From Candidatus Velthaea sp. (GTDB lineage: Bacteria > Vulcanimicrobiota > Vulcanimicrobiia > Vulcanimicrobiales > Vulcanimicrobiaceae), in the NCBI GenBank assembly GCA_965214935.1, contig CBDCCS010000022.1, forward strand, positions 352,001 through 416,000: DNA of 64,000 nucleotides. Direction: 5' to 3'. Made by a program: the position numbers and the translations under genes. Position 1 is the stretch's first letter, and each line of letters opens with the position of its first letter. Positions 30,328 to 39,147 of the stretch are shown in pieces. A model generated the notes under the pieces. The model had not been told where the DNA came from, ran no database searches, and was given only the letters and a program-made list of their open reading frames with translations.

Positions 30328-30903
30328 ATGAGCATCTCGACGCGCAGCGGCGATGCCGGCGAAACAGCGACGGCCGGCACTTCACGCGTTTCTAAAAGCG
30401 ATCTGCGTGTCGAAGCGTATGGAACGATCGATGAAGTGAACTCCACGATCGGCGTTGCGCGGGCTTGGTGCGACGACCCTCAGATCGTGTCGTTTGCGCG
30501 CTCGCTTCAACGCGACTTATTCAAAATCGGCAGCGCGCTTTCGGCCAAACCGGAGTCGGGCGCCACGCTACCGGAAATTGAATCGGCAATGATCGCGCGG
30601 CTCGATGCGGCAATCGACGGCTTTGAGGCGCAGGACGGCATCTTGCGCGACTGGTCGATAAGCGGTGAATTGCGTTCCGCTGCGGGGTTTGATTTAGCGC
30701 GAACCGTCGCGCGGCGCGCCGAACGCTCGGCCGTGCGGCTCGTGACGTCGGGTGCCGTCATCGAGCCCAACGTTTTGGTTTACTTGAATCGCCTCTCCGA
30801 CGTTCTCTGGCTGATCGCGCGAAAACTCGAATGCGATGCCGGCGTCGATGCGCGGCTACGCGATGATGCGCATCCGGGTCCGCCGTGGTCGCGCGCATGG
30901 TGA
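30328..30903 (+). CDS. pduO: PduO-type ATP:cob(I)alamin adenosyltransferase
   Basis: TRSGDAGET, YGTIDEVNS, ARTVARRAER, YLNRLSD. Confidence 0.9.
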   Translation: MSISTRSGDAGETATAGTSRVSKSDLRVEAYGTIDEVNSTIGVARAWCDDPQIVSFARSLQRDLFKIGSALSAKPESGATLPEIESAMIARLDAAIDGFEAQDGILRDWSISGELRSAAGFDLARTVARRAERSAVRLVTSGAVIEPNVLVYLNRLSDVLWLIARKLECDAGVDARLRDDAHPGPPWSRAW

Positions 30904-31051
30904 ATCGCCAAGCTCGCGCTGCCGTTCAGACTAACGTCGCTTGGTAAGAAAACCGGCCGTCGCGCCGCCTCGAACGCACGACGAATGTTCAGATTGTGCG
31001 CGGCGGGTGAATCGGCGCCGGAAGGTCGGGCAACACACATAAGCCTGCGTC

Positions 31052-32992
31052 ATGCGCCGCACGTTAGCGAACATTGCCGTTGCTCTCACGCTGTTGCTCG
31101 GCGGATGCGGCGGCACAACGTCGGCTTCGAGCGCTGCGCTGCCGGCGTTCATTCCGCCGCTGATGCCGTCGGGCATCGTTGCACCAACCGGGGCGCTGAC
31201 GATGATCGGCGGCGGAACGCGCATCGGCAGTACGATCTTACCGGCGGCGGCGGCGGCGATCTTTACCATTAACTCGGGCACGACGCCGCAGCCGATAGCC
31301 GTCGGCGGAGCGCTTGCGACATACGCAATCCAGTTGAACGATACCGCCGGTGCAACCGCAACGATCGTGCCGGCGGCGACAGGACGACGGCCGGCGTCAT
31401 CGGCGCAGCATCGGGTCGCCGGCCTCGATCGCGAATTGCGCATTCCGGATCGGCTGAGCGATCGAGCGGAACGCGCGCAGTGGCCGGCGATCGGCGCGCG
31501 CATTGCTGCGCGACGCGCCGCCGCCGCAGTCCGCAGCGTTACCACTTCTTCGCTCGGCGCACAGCGGACATTCAAATTGCAAGGCGGCACGATCGACGGC
31601 ACGCAGATGACGGCGGCAGTATTGACGGCGCCGGCCACGCTCGTTGCGCAAAGTGCCCATGCCGATGTTTGGCTCGACAGCGCGATCGTGGCGGATGCCG
31701 GTATCTTACAACGCGAATATCCAAGCGGCTCGGCTGATTTCGCGACCGTTGCGGCCGCCTTCGAACACGCGTTGAGCGTTGAGACGCAAGCCTTCGGACC
31801 GGCGTATACGACCGGATTAGTAAATTTCGAAAATTGCGCGAGCGACGGGACACCGCTGCGCACGCAACCGCCGCAACCCGATACGACCGGCGTTACCGAT
31901 CCGCATATCAACGTCCTGATCACGGATCGGCTCGCCGGTTCGGGTGAGGGCGGTTATTTCTTCGGCTTGGACATGCTCGATCAAACCGAGGCGAATTGCG
32001 TTCCGAGCCCGCAGAAACCGGTCGTCAACGGCGTGCCGCTGCTCGTCATCGCAGGTGATGCGTACACGCCGTACGGCGGTGCAGCCGCCGATACTTATCC
32101 GGCAAACAACGAGTCGTATTGGCTGCACGGCGATATGCCGCAGACGCTCGCGCACGAACTTCAACATTACTTACATTTTGTCAATAAGTATCTGCAGCAG
32201 CACGTCGACCATCCGAACGATCCGCAAGCCGGCACCCTCGATGATTCGTTTATCGACGAGGGTTGTTCGGTGCTCGCTCAAGATCTCGTCGCCGGAGCGG
32301 CCGTCGGCGATCGCGAGAGCCCGCTCTTCGTGCGTGCGTTTCTACTCGCTCCGGGCAACTTTTCGCTAACGTCGTTTGCCGGCTATGCGCCGGATGCGGT
32401 AACCGCAACGGCCAACGGCGGTTACGGTTACTACCGCAACACCGCCGGCAACTACGGGTTCGCCTATCTTTTCATCCGGTATCTCTACGACCGCTTCGGA
32501 CCGGACGCGCTCAAAGCAATTTACGCCGAAACAAACTTCGGCGGCAGCGTTCGACCGGATACCGGTCCTGCGACAGCCGCCGCGCACGGCGAATCGTTCG
32601 TCCCGCTGTTCCGCGAGTTCACAACCGCGATCGCCGTGCACAGCGGCGGAGCGGTGCCGCCGTTTTCGAGCGATCCGGCCTACCGTTTCGATCCAAGTAT
32701 TATTTTACGCGGCAGCGTGCAAACGTATTCGCGGCGCTTGCCGCCATACGAGCGGCGGACGATCGTGCAACCCGGGCCGCTAAATCCGGTAGCGACGGGC
32801 TCAGCGAGCGACGCGTTCGGCATCGCCACCGGGCAACGGCAAATCGTCGAGCTGCTCGACGGCGGCGCGCTCTTCATCACGCCGGTGCGGCCGTGGTCGC
32901 AAGGCGCAACGCTGAGTGCCGGCGGAAACATCGGCGGCGGCGGCAGCTTAGCGCAGGGACCGTTGCCGATGCCGAGTCCCGCATACTTTTAG
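31052..32992 (+). CDS. lipoprotein Zn-metallopeptidase (M30/gluzincin-like)
   Basis: Lipobox LGGC; GGYF, TLAHELQH, downstream FIDEG and Y..YLFIRYLYDRFG. Confidence 0.72.
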   Translation: MRRTLANIAVALTLLLGGCGGTTSASSAALPAFIPPLMPSGIVAPTGALTMIGGGTRIGSTILPAAAAAIFTINSGTTPQPIAVGGALATYAIQLNDTAGATATIVPAATGRRPASSAQHRVAGLDRELRIPDRLSDRAERAQWPAIGARIAARRAAAAVRSVTTSSLGAQRTFKLQGGTIDGTQMTAAVLTAPATLVAQSAHADVWLDSAIVADAGILQREYPSGSADFATVAAAFEHALSVETQAFGPAYTTGLVNFENCASDGTPLRTQPPQPDTTGVTDPHINVLITDRLAGSGEGGYFFGLDMLDQTEANCVPSPQKPVVNGVPLLVIAGDAYTPYGGAAADTYPANNESYWLHGDMPQTLAHELQHYLHFVNKYLQQHVDHPNDPQAGTLDDSFIDEGCSVLAQDLVAGAAVGDRESPLFVRAFLLAPGNFSLTSFAGYAPDAVTATANGGYGYYRNTAGNYGFAYLFIRYLYDRFGPDALKAIYAETNFGGSVRPDTGPATAAAHGESFVPLFREFTTAIAVHSGGAVPPFSSDPAYRFDPSIILRGSVQTYSRRLPPYERRTIVQPGPLNPVATGSASDAFGIATGQRQIVELLDGGALFITPVRPWSQGATLSAGGNIGGGGSLAQGPLPMPSPAYF

Positions 32993-33017
32993 AAAAAGCC
33001 GCGCGAGGTGCGCGGCT
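32993..33017 (-). terminator. intrinsic terminator of the porin gene
   Basis: Minus strand reads AGCCGCGC-ACCTC-GCGCGGCT followed by a T-run. Confidence 0.75.
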
Positions 33018-33050
33018 GCTTCTATCCGTTGTCCGGCGAACGCCGAAGGT

Positions 33051-34397
33051 TCAGAATTTGACGAAACCTTCGAGCGCGAACGTACTGGTAACGTTCGAGA
33101 ACGTCGCATTATCGGCACGCAAAAACACATTATGGTCCGACGTATCGTGACGGTATTCACCGCGCAACGTCACCGCCGGCGTCAGATTGTAACCGACGGT
33201 TGCCGTGCCTTCACGCCAAAATTGAACGAACCCGGTGCGGTAGCCGTCGCTATCGTGGAAACCTTCGTAGCGCAGGCTCGCCACGACGCGCGGGTTGACT
33301 TGATACGAGGCGTAGCCGGCGAGGCCGCTCCAACCGGCTGTTTCCGAACCGTCGATATCATACAAGCTTGCGTTGTGTTGCAGTCCGCGATCGTAGTTGA
33401 GCGTGAAGGTCGTCGCGCTTGTCGGATGGATCGTACCGACGACATCGAGCAGACTGCGCTGACCTTGCGCACCCGACGGAACGATGTTGACCGGTAGCGG
33501 TTGATTGTTCGCATCGCGCGGCTGCCCTAAGGGATTGAAACCGACGGTGTAATTGCTGAGCTGTTCAAATCCGGTGTAGCCCTGCGCGGTGAGCGTCGCT
33601 GCCGTGCTGGGATTGAATGCGAAACCGTATTCTGCGGTCAGCCGGCCGTTGGTCGATCGGATTTCATCCCAGCCGGCATTGACACCGCCGATAACATTGA
33701 GATGCGGCGTTACGGCATACGTCAACCGGCCGCCGGTATGCGTGAACGGAACGGCAAAACCGAACAGGATCGAGCGCGAGAAGTTCAGGTTGCTCGGGCT
33801 TTCGATCACTTCAGCGCCGGCGAGGGTCTCAAATTTGCCGCCTTCGACCGAGAGCTTTCCAAGTTGATAAGCCAGGTACGCCTGCGTTACATCGAAGCTG
33901 TTAAAGGCGCCCGGATACGACTGAATGACGTCGGCATCCGATCCGGCACTCAGCTCGAGTTTGCCCGTTAAATTACCGGCATTGAGGGCCGCCTGGACGT
34001 TCGCGTTTTGCAACGTGGGCTGACGGTCGATGTAATCGAACACGCGTGACGGAAATGCGGCGCCGACCGGCAATCCGCTGACCGGATCCATGGCGCTAAA
34101 CCGCGTCGTCGTGTCACCGACGCGCGACGTATACGCCGCATCGCCGAAGCCGCTAAATTGAATGAGATGCGGCGGAGCGGACGGCGACGGTGATGGAGAT
34201 GGAGATACGACAGGCACGGCGGGCTTTGCCGAAGCCGACATCGTCGGTGAGGGTGCCGTCATCGGAGACATCATCGGTGACGGCGCGGTCATCGGCGACA
34301 TCATGGGCGATGGACTGGGTGACGATTGCGCTTGGGCCGCTTGCGTCCCGGCAATGGCCATTAGGACAAAGGCTGCAAGTAAAAGTGGTTTGTTCAA
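33051..34397 (-). CDS. outer-membrane beta-barrel porin (BBP2/DUF1597-like)
   Basis: TTG start after GAAGGA; signal peptide; QAYLAY, GKFETLAGAEVIES..NLNFSRSILF..AVPFTHTG, LRGEYRHD; C-terminal Phe. Confidence 0.85.
   Translation of the reverse strand: MNKPLLLAAFVLMAIAGTQAAQAQSSPSPSPMMSPMTAPSPMMSPMTAPSPTMSASAKPAVPVVSPSPSPSPSAPPHLIQFSGFGDAAYTSRVGDTTTRFSAMDPVSGLPVGAAFPSRVFDYIDRQPTLQNANVQAALNAGNLTGKLELSAGSDADVIQSYPGAFNSFDVTQAYLAYQLGKLSVEGGKFETLAGAEVIESPSNLNFSRSILFGFAVPFTHTGGRLTYAVTPHLNVIGGVNAGWDEIRSTNGRLTAEYGFAFNPSTAATLTAQGYTGFEQLSNYTVGFNPLGQPRDANNQPLPVNIVPSGAQGQRSLLDVVGTIHPTSATTFTLNYDRGLQHNASLYDIDGSETAGWSGLAGYASYQVNPRVVASLRYEGFHDSDGYRTGFVQFWREGTATVGYNLTPAVTLRGEYRHDTSDHNVFLRADNATFSNVTSTFALEGFVKF
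34237..34320 (-). repeat. about 2.8 x 30-bp coding repeat, (SPMMSPMTAP)n
   Basis: Plus-strand units start GACATCGTCGGTGA (34237), GACATCATCGGTGA (34267) and GACATCATGGGCGA (34297). Confidence 0.75.
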
Positions 34398-34634
34398 ATG
34401 TGTTCCTTCGGATGTTGCGGTCTGCACGGCGCGTCTTTCGTGCATAGCGGCGAAGGGAGCCGGACGGCTCAACGTTCCCGGCGTTCGCGCATTGCACTGC
34501 GATGACGTTCACGGCACAGCCGCTGGAAGCGACGGTAAGTAACGCATTGAGCCGCGCATTCATTCCGTAGACGACTACGGATGGACGTCGCGGTCGAAGT
34601 TGTTTGAAAACTTCTTACGACTGAACCGGTTGCT

Positions 34635-34677
34635 TAAAGTTAATAAGTTTCATAGCGCGGAGCGGTTATTAACTTTA
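34635..34677. promoter_or_regulatory. AT-rich 12-bp inverted repeat, candidate operator
   Basis: TAAAGTTAATAA-N19-TTATTAACTTTA in the divergent intergenic region. Confidence 0.6.
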
Positions 34678-34791
34678 GCGCTCGATGCAACGTGCGTTAT
34701 TCTACGAAACGCCAAACTTTGAGGTTTCGTTGCCAACCCGAACCGCGGACTGCGGAAGCGTACCGAGCAACGCCGAAGAGGACGCCTCAAC

Positions 34792-35760
34792 ATGAGCCGA
34801 GTCAAGAAGGTGTTGCGTCCGCTGCTGGCAGGAGCCGGCTTGGCCGGCTCGATCGCAGCGCTCAATCGCAGCCTGCGCGACGCTCCATTGCCGACCAATC
34901 ATCTCGGCGGAACGCAGCGCCGCTGGTCGTGGCGCGGCTACGATCTTTTCGCGACCGAGGCCGGCAGCGGTCCACTCATCATTCTCGTTCACGGCATCTA
35001 CGCCGGCGCGTCGGCGTACGAATATCGCAAACTTTTTCCGCTGCTGGCCGCATCGCACCGGGTCGTCGCTTTCGATTTGCTCGGCTGCGGCTTGTCGGAT
35101 CGGCCGAACATCGCGTACTCGGGCGAAGTTTTCGTCGAGCTGATCGTCGATGCTCTCAATGAGTTCGGGTCGGAACCAACCGTTCTGGTCGGGTCATCGA
35201 TGGGCGGCGCGTTTGCGATTCGCGCGGCTGCACGCGCGCCCGATCGGGTCAACCGGCTTGTGACGATTAGTCCGACGGGGCTCGGTGGCGTACTGGATCG
35301 CGAGCCGAGTGCAGGTCAGCGTTTTGCAACCACGCTGCTGCGCTCCCCGGTCGCCGGTGAAACGCTATTTAATGCGCTTTCTTCGCGGCCGTCGCTGCGC
35401 TGGTTTCTCGAACATCAAAGCTATGCCGATAAGGCCTCGGTAACGCCTGAAATTATCGACGACTACTATGCCATAACGCATCAGCAAGGTGCACGCTACG
35501 TTCCCGCAGCGTTCGTCGGCGGCGGACTCAACATCAATGTGGCGCGCGACTTGCCGTTCATCGACGCACCGATTCTCGTCGCTTGGGGCGAACGTGCGCC
35601 GAGCGTAAGCAAACTCGCGTGCTCGGCCGAATTCATGACCCTCGCACAACGCGGAACCTTAGTGACATTTGCAAACTCCGGACTTTTGCCGCAGGAAGAA
35701 GAGCCGCAAGCCTTAGCCGACGCGATTCATGCGTTCCTATCCGCAAACGGCGGCGCATAG
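34792..35760 (+). CDS. alpha/beta fold hydrolase-family protein
   Basis: GAGGA RBS; LVHGI, FDLLGCGLSDRP, GSSMGG. Confidence 0.88.
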   Translation: MSRVKKVLRPLLAGAGLAGSIAALNRSLRDAPLPTNHLGGTQRRWSWRGYDLFATEAGSGPLIILVHGIYAGASAYEYRKLFPLLAASHRVVAFDLLGCGLSDRPNIAYSGEVFVELIVDALNEFGSEPTVLVGSSMGGAFAIRAAARAPDRVNRLVTISPTGLGGVLDREPSAGQRFATTLLRSPVAGETLFNALSSRPSLRWFLEHQSYADKASVTPEIIDDYYAITHQQGARYVPAAFVGGGLNINVARDLPFIDAPILVAWGERAPSVSKLACSAEFMTLAQRGTLVTFANSGLLPQEEEPQALADAIHAFLSANGGA

Positions 35761-35801
35761 AAGCGGCATCTTCCACCTCGGTCCGGGTACCGAGACCGGA
35801 C

Positions 35802-36338
35802 ATGATACGGCGGATGCTAACGGCACAGTGCAAGCTGCATGAAGCCGGTTTCATGATGATCGAGGCGGTGATTGCCACCGCGCTCGTTGCCGTCTGCGCC
35901 GGAGCGGTGCTGTCGGCAGTGCTGAGTATACAGCACCGGACGCTCTTTGCCCAACCATCGGCGGCACTCACGCTAACCGCTCAAAACGTGCTGACGGACC
36001 TGCGCGCAGCGACGGCCTACGACGGCGCCGAACTCAACGGGCTCGGCGGACGGAACGCTGACTTCGACGGCAGCCAGCCTAGTCCAAACGGGTCGCCCGA
36101 ACCCATTCACATTCGCCTAAGCGTCTCAATGCCGGCAGCGAACGGCGCACTCGTCGCCGCGGTCCGGGTCAGCGACGCGCAAGGACGCAGCGCAGCGGTG
36201 CAAACCACTTTGACGCGCGAGGTGCCGGCGCCGGGTTCGAACGTCGCCGCCGAAGCGCCGAGCCCCGCCTTGTCGCCGGCCGAGCCGCCCGCCGCAACGC
36301 AATCGCCGCCGCACGCGCGCGGCCCGATCGCGCTGTGA
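35802..36338 (+). CDS. minor type IV pilin / pseudopilin (PilV/GspI-like); start 35802 or 35814
   Basis: Class III signal AG|FMMIEAVIATALVAV with Glu5. Confidence 0.75.
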   Translation: MIRRMLTAQCKLHEAGFMMIEAVIATALVAVCAGAVLSAVLSIQHRTLFAQPSAALTLTAQNVLTDLRAATAYDGAELNGLGGRNADFDGSQPSPNGSPEPIHIRLSVSMPAANGALVAAVRVSDAQGRSAAVQTTLTREVPAPGSNVAAEAPSPALSPAEPPAATQSPPHARGPIAL

Positions 36339-37570
36339 TGCTACGCGTCGCCGGACGTCCGTCGAGCGCCCCCAGCGCAGAGCACGGTTTTAGCATTATC
36401 GAAGTACTGATCGCGGGTGCGATTATCGCGGTCATGGGTCTCATCGGACTGACGACTTGTAAAGCCGTTGCCGGTATCACCCAAACGATCTATACGGCCG
36501 GTCACGACGCCGCAGCCGTCGATGCGCAAATAACGCAGCTGCGCAACGATGCCGCCTCGGCCTTTGCCGTGTTCGTACCCGCCGCCGATATGCAAGGCGC
36601 ACCCAACGGCGGTCCGAGCGGCGCGCACGAGATCGATTACTATGCCAAAGGCGATGCCGGCCAAGATCTGCTGTGGCGTTATTTTTTCGACGCTGCGCAG
36701 CACACGCTCGCGCGCTTCGACTATGATTCGGCCGGCACGAGCGGCGTTCGCGACCCGGCAACCGGACGCATTGATCCTGCGGCGCAGTATCCGCCGCTGC
36801 ACGGCATCACGGCGTTTAGCGCTCGAGCCGTCCCCGCAAACGAGCTTCTCGCTTCGGACGAAGATCGCTACGCCGGTCTTGCCGCCTTGCTGTCGCGCAC
36901 GCCGCAGGCCTATGCCGTTCGTTACGACCGGCCGGATTTCGACATCCCTGCAGCCGGCGGCAACGGAGTCGTTATCGTAACGCTTGCCAACGCAGCGGCG
37001 GCGCGCATGGTCCATCTCGCGGTCGGCGCATTGCCCAGCGGTTTTACGATCACCGCGTTTCCGGTTTGGCACGCCGTCGTTTACCGCGTCGATCAAACGC
37101 ATCGTTACAACGGCGGCTTCTTCGGCAAAAGCAGCGTGTTCATCAACGCGCGCATCGACGTCTCGTACGACAATTGGAAGACGCGCGTTCCGTGGTGCGA
37201 ATTCAATGTGTTGGGCAATCCGCACGGTCTGGACGGGAAGACCGATCCGCATCGCGACTATACTCCGGACGAGCCGGTCGAACAAGCCGCGACCTTACTG
37301 CAACACTGCCGTGCGGTGAATCCGACGCCGCCGCCGCCCGGCCCGGGTAACCCGCCCGATGCGAGCGTCACAAGCCAATTACAACCAGTTTCCACGCCGC
37401 TACCGTGCTGGGTCAATCCCGGGCCGGCCGGCCGCTGCTGGCCGGCCGACGCTCCGCCCGATTGGACTCCGCCGTCGCCGCTGCCGCTCGATACGCCGCC
37501 GCCGCAATGGTGCAGCACGCATGCGCGATCGCTCGCGTGTCCGGCTGCGGCCGAACTCAAGCAGCAATAG
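36335..37570 (+). CDS. minor type IV pilin (PilW/GspJ-like) with Pro/Cys/Trp-rich tail
   Basis: HG|FSIIEVLIAGAIIAV class III signal; overlaps the previous stop. Confidence 0.78.
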   Translation: MMLRVAGRPSSAPSAEHGFSIIEVLIAGAIIAVMGLIGLTTCKAVAGITQTIYTAGHDAAAVDAQITQLRNDAASAFAVFVPAADMQGAPNGGPSGAHEIDYYAKGDAGQDLLWRYFFDAAQHTLARFDYDSAGTSGVRDPATGRIDPAAQYPPLHGITAFSARAVPANELLASDEDRYAGLAALLSRTPQAYAVRYDRPDFDIPAAGGNGVVIVTLANAAAARMVHLAVGALPSGFTITAFPVWHAVVYRVDQTHRYNGGFFGKSSVFINARIDVSYDNWKTRVPWCEFNVLGNPHGLDGKTDPHRDYTPDEPVEQAATLLQHCRAVNPTPPPPGPGNPPDASVTSQLQPVSTPLPCWVNPGPAGRCWPADAPPDWTPPSPLPLDTPPPQWCSTHARSLACPAAAELKQQ

Positions 37571-38432
37571 CGCCGTGCTCGTTCCGCTCATTTTCGTCAT
37601 GACGCTATTGCTGACACTCGCGACCGCGCTGTTCGAGAGCAGCTTTGCAACGGCGCGCATTGCGCGCGATAGAACGGCGGCACGCTACGCAGACGTTGCC
37701 GTCACCGACGCCGTCGCCGATTTCACCGCAGGTTTGGCAGCCTACGTCAAAGTGCATGGTTCGAGCGGCCCATGGCCCGCGCAGCCGAGCGATTCGTATC
37801 CGAAAGCGCTTTGCGGCGGGGAGTCGATTTCAGCGGCGTGTCCCTACTCCTATGTCATTCACGCTGCGATCACCGATGCCGCAAACGTGCCCGCACCGGG
37901 AATGGCCGGCGAGGCGGCGGTGAACGTGCAGACGACGATCGGCGAAAGCCGGCTTTCGGCGAGCGTTTCCGCGACGCTGAGCGGGCCGCAGGGTACCGTC
38001 GTCGCGACGCGCACGCGGCTTTTGACGTATCGGGTCTTGAGCGTCATGCCGTACGCGTTTGTTTCCGGCTCGCGCGACACCACGACGGCCGGCGGCACGC
38101 GAACGACGGCACAGGGTGATACCGGCGGCCTCAGCGCACCGAGCGATTCGAGCGCGACCGATTCGACCGGCGGTCAGCCGTCCATCGATCGGGCGGCAGC
38201 GCTGCATGACACTCGCATCCACGTGCAGCTAACCTGTCGGACCGCAATCGTGGATGCCGATCCAAAGAAACATAACGACCAGCAGCCGATCGGAAACGAC
38301 GATCTGCCGTGGGGCAATGCAGCGGGTGCCGCCCACGAAGCGCCGTGCCTGCAACCGGCAGCGCCGGCCGACGCGTTTAGCGATACCGGCTGGACGAACG
38401 GCAACACAAATGCATCCGGCTGGACGCCCTAA
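37521..38432 (+). CDS. PilX/GspK-like minor pilin (start approximate)
   Basis: NS|AVLVPLIFVMTLLLTLATAL hydrophobic N-helix lacking Glu5, as in PilX/GspK; third position in the cluster. Confidence 0.6.
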   Translation: MRDRSRVRLRPNSSSNSAVLVPLIFVMTLLLTLATALFESSFATARIARDRTAARYADVAVTDAVADFTAGLAAYVKVHGSSGPWPAQPSDSYPKALCGGESISAACPYSYVIHAAITDAANVPAPGMAGEAAVNVQTTIGESRLSASVSATLSGPQGTVVATRTRLLTYRVLSVMPYAFVSGSRDTTTAGGTRTTAQGDTGGLSAPSDSSATDSTGGQPSIDRAAALHDTRIHVQLTCRTAIVDADPKKHNDQQPIGNDDLPWGNAAGAAHEAPCLQPAAPADAFSDTGWTNGNTNASGWTP

Positions 38433-38435
38433 GGC

Positions 38436-39062
38436 ATGGCGGCGGCCGGAAGCGGCAGGCGCGGGGAACGCGGTTTTACGCTCGTCGAGATGGTCGTTAC
38501 GGTGGGCTTGCTACTCGTTATCGGCGGGTCCGCCTATGCATCGCTCGCTCAACGGCCCGCCCAAGCCCATGCGACCGCCGTCGGCTTACGAGCCTTCGTC
38601 GAAGAGGCACGATCGCTGGCCGCGGTGACCGGTGCTGCGGCGACCGGCGGCAATAGCGGCGCAACCATCGGTTTTACACGCGACGGCGATACGTACGTCG
38701 CAACTCTTTACGCCTATCGCCCTATCGCCGGTACAACGGCCCCGGTTGCCCAGCCGAACACACCGCCGTTTCGCACGCGGACGGCAATCGCACTGAACCT
38801 TGCCGGGCGCGACATTGAGCCGCCCTTCGCCATATTTTTCTCGGTATCGGGGCACGCCGGCGCGCAAGCCGGCTTTAGCGTCGATCGCTCGCCGCCGCCG
38901 GCGGTTGAACCGGCGTGTTCGTTGTCGACCGGCATCGTTCTATCGTTCGACGATACGCATCAAACGCAGTTGCATGCAATTAGCTGCGAAATGGCACGAC
39001 TCGATGTCGACGACGCCGCCGATTCGACGTTGCCTGCAACATCGCCGCGGCGGACGTTCTGA
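38436..39062 (+). CDS. minor pilin (FimT/GspH-like)
   Basis: RG|FTLVEMVVTVGLLLVIGG; ARSLA helix; C-terminal Cys pair. Confidence 0.78.
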   Translation: MAAAGSGRRGERGFTLVEMVVTVGLLLVIGGSAYASLAQRPAQAHATAVGLRAFVEEARSLAAVTGAAATGGNSGATIGFTRDGDTYVATLYAYRPIAGTTAPVAQPNTPPFRTRTAIALNLAGRDIEPPFAIFFSVSGHAGAQAGFSVDRSPPPAVEPACSLSTGIVLSFDDTHQTQLHAISCEMARLDVDDAADSTLPATSPRRTF

Positions 39063-39147
39063 CGCCGATCGCGATAATATCACCGGCAATCCGGTCCGTT
39101 GCGCGAATCGTTGCGTTGGCATCCGCTACTCTCTACTCGGAGCGCCC

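Noticed and set aside
30895..31051. Fragments resembling the c-di-AMP (ydaO) riboswitch (GGTGAATC, CCGTTCAGACTAAC)
   Set aside because: The 5' GCTGAATCC and GGGGAACC elements and the expected helix order are missing. Probably chance; cmsearch would settle it.
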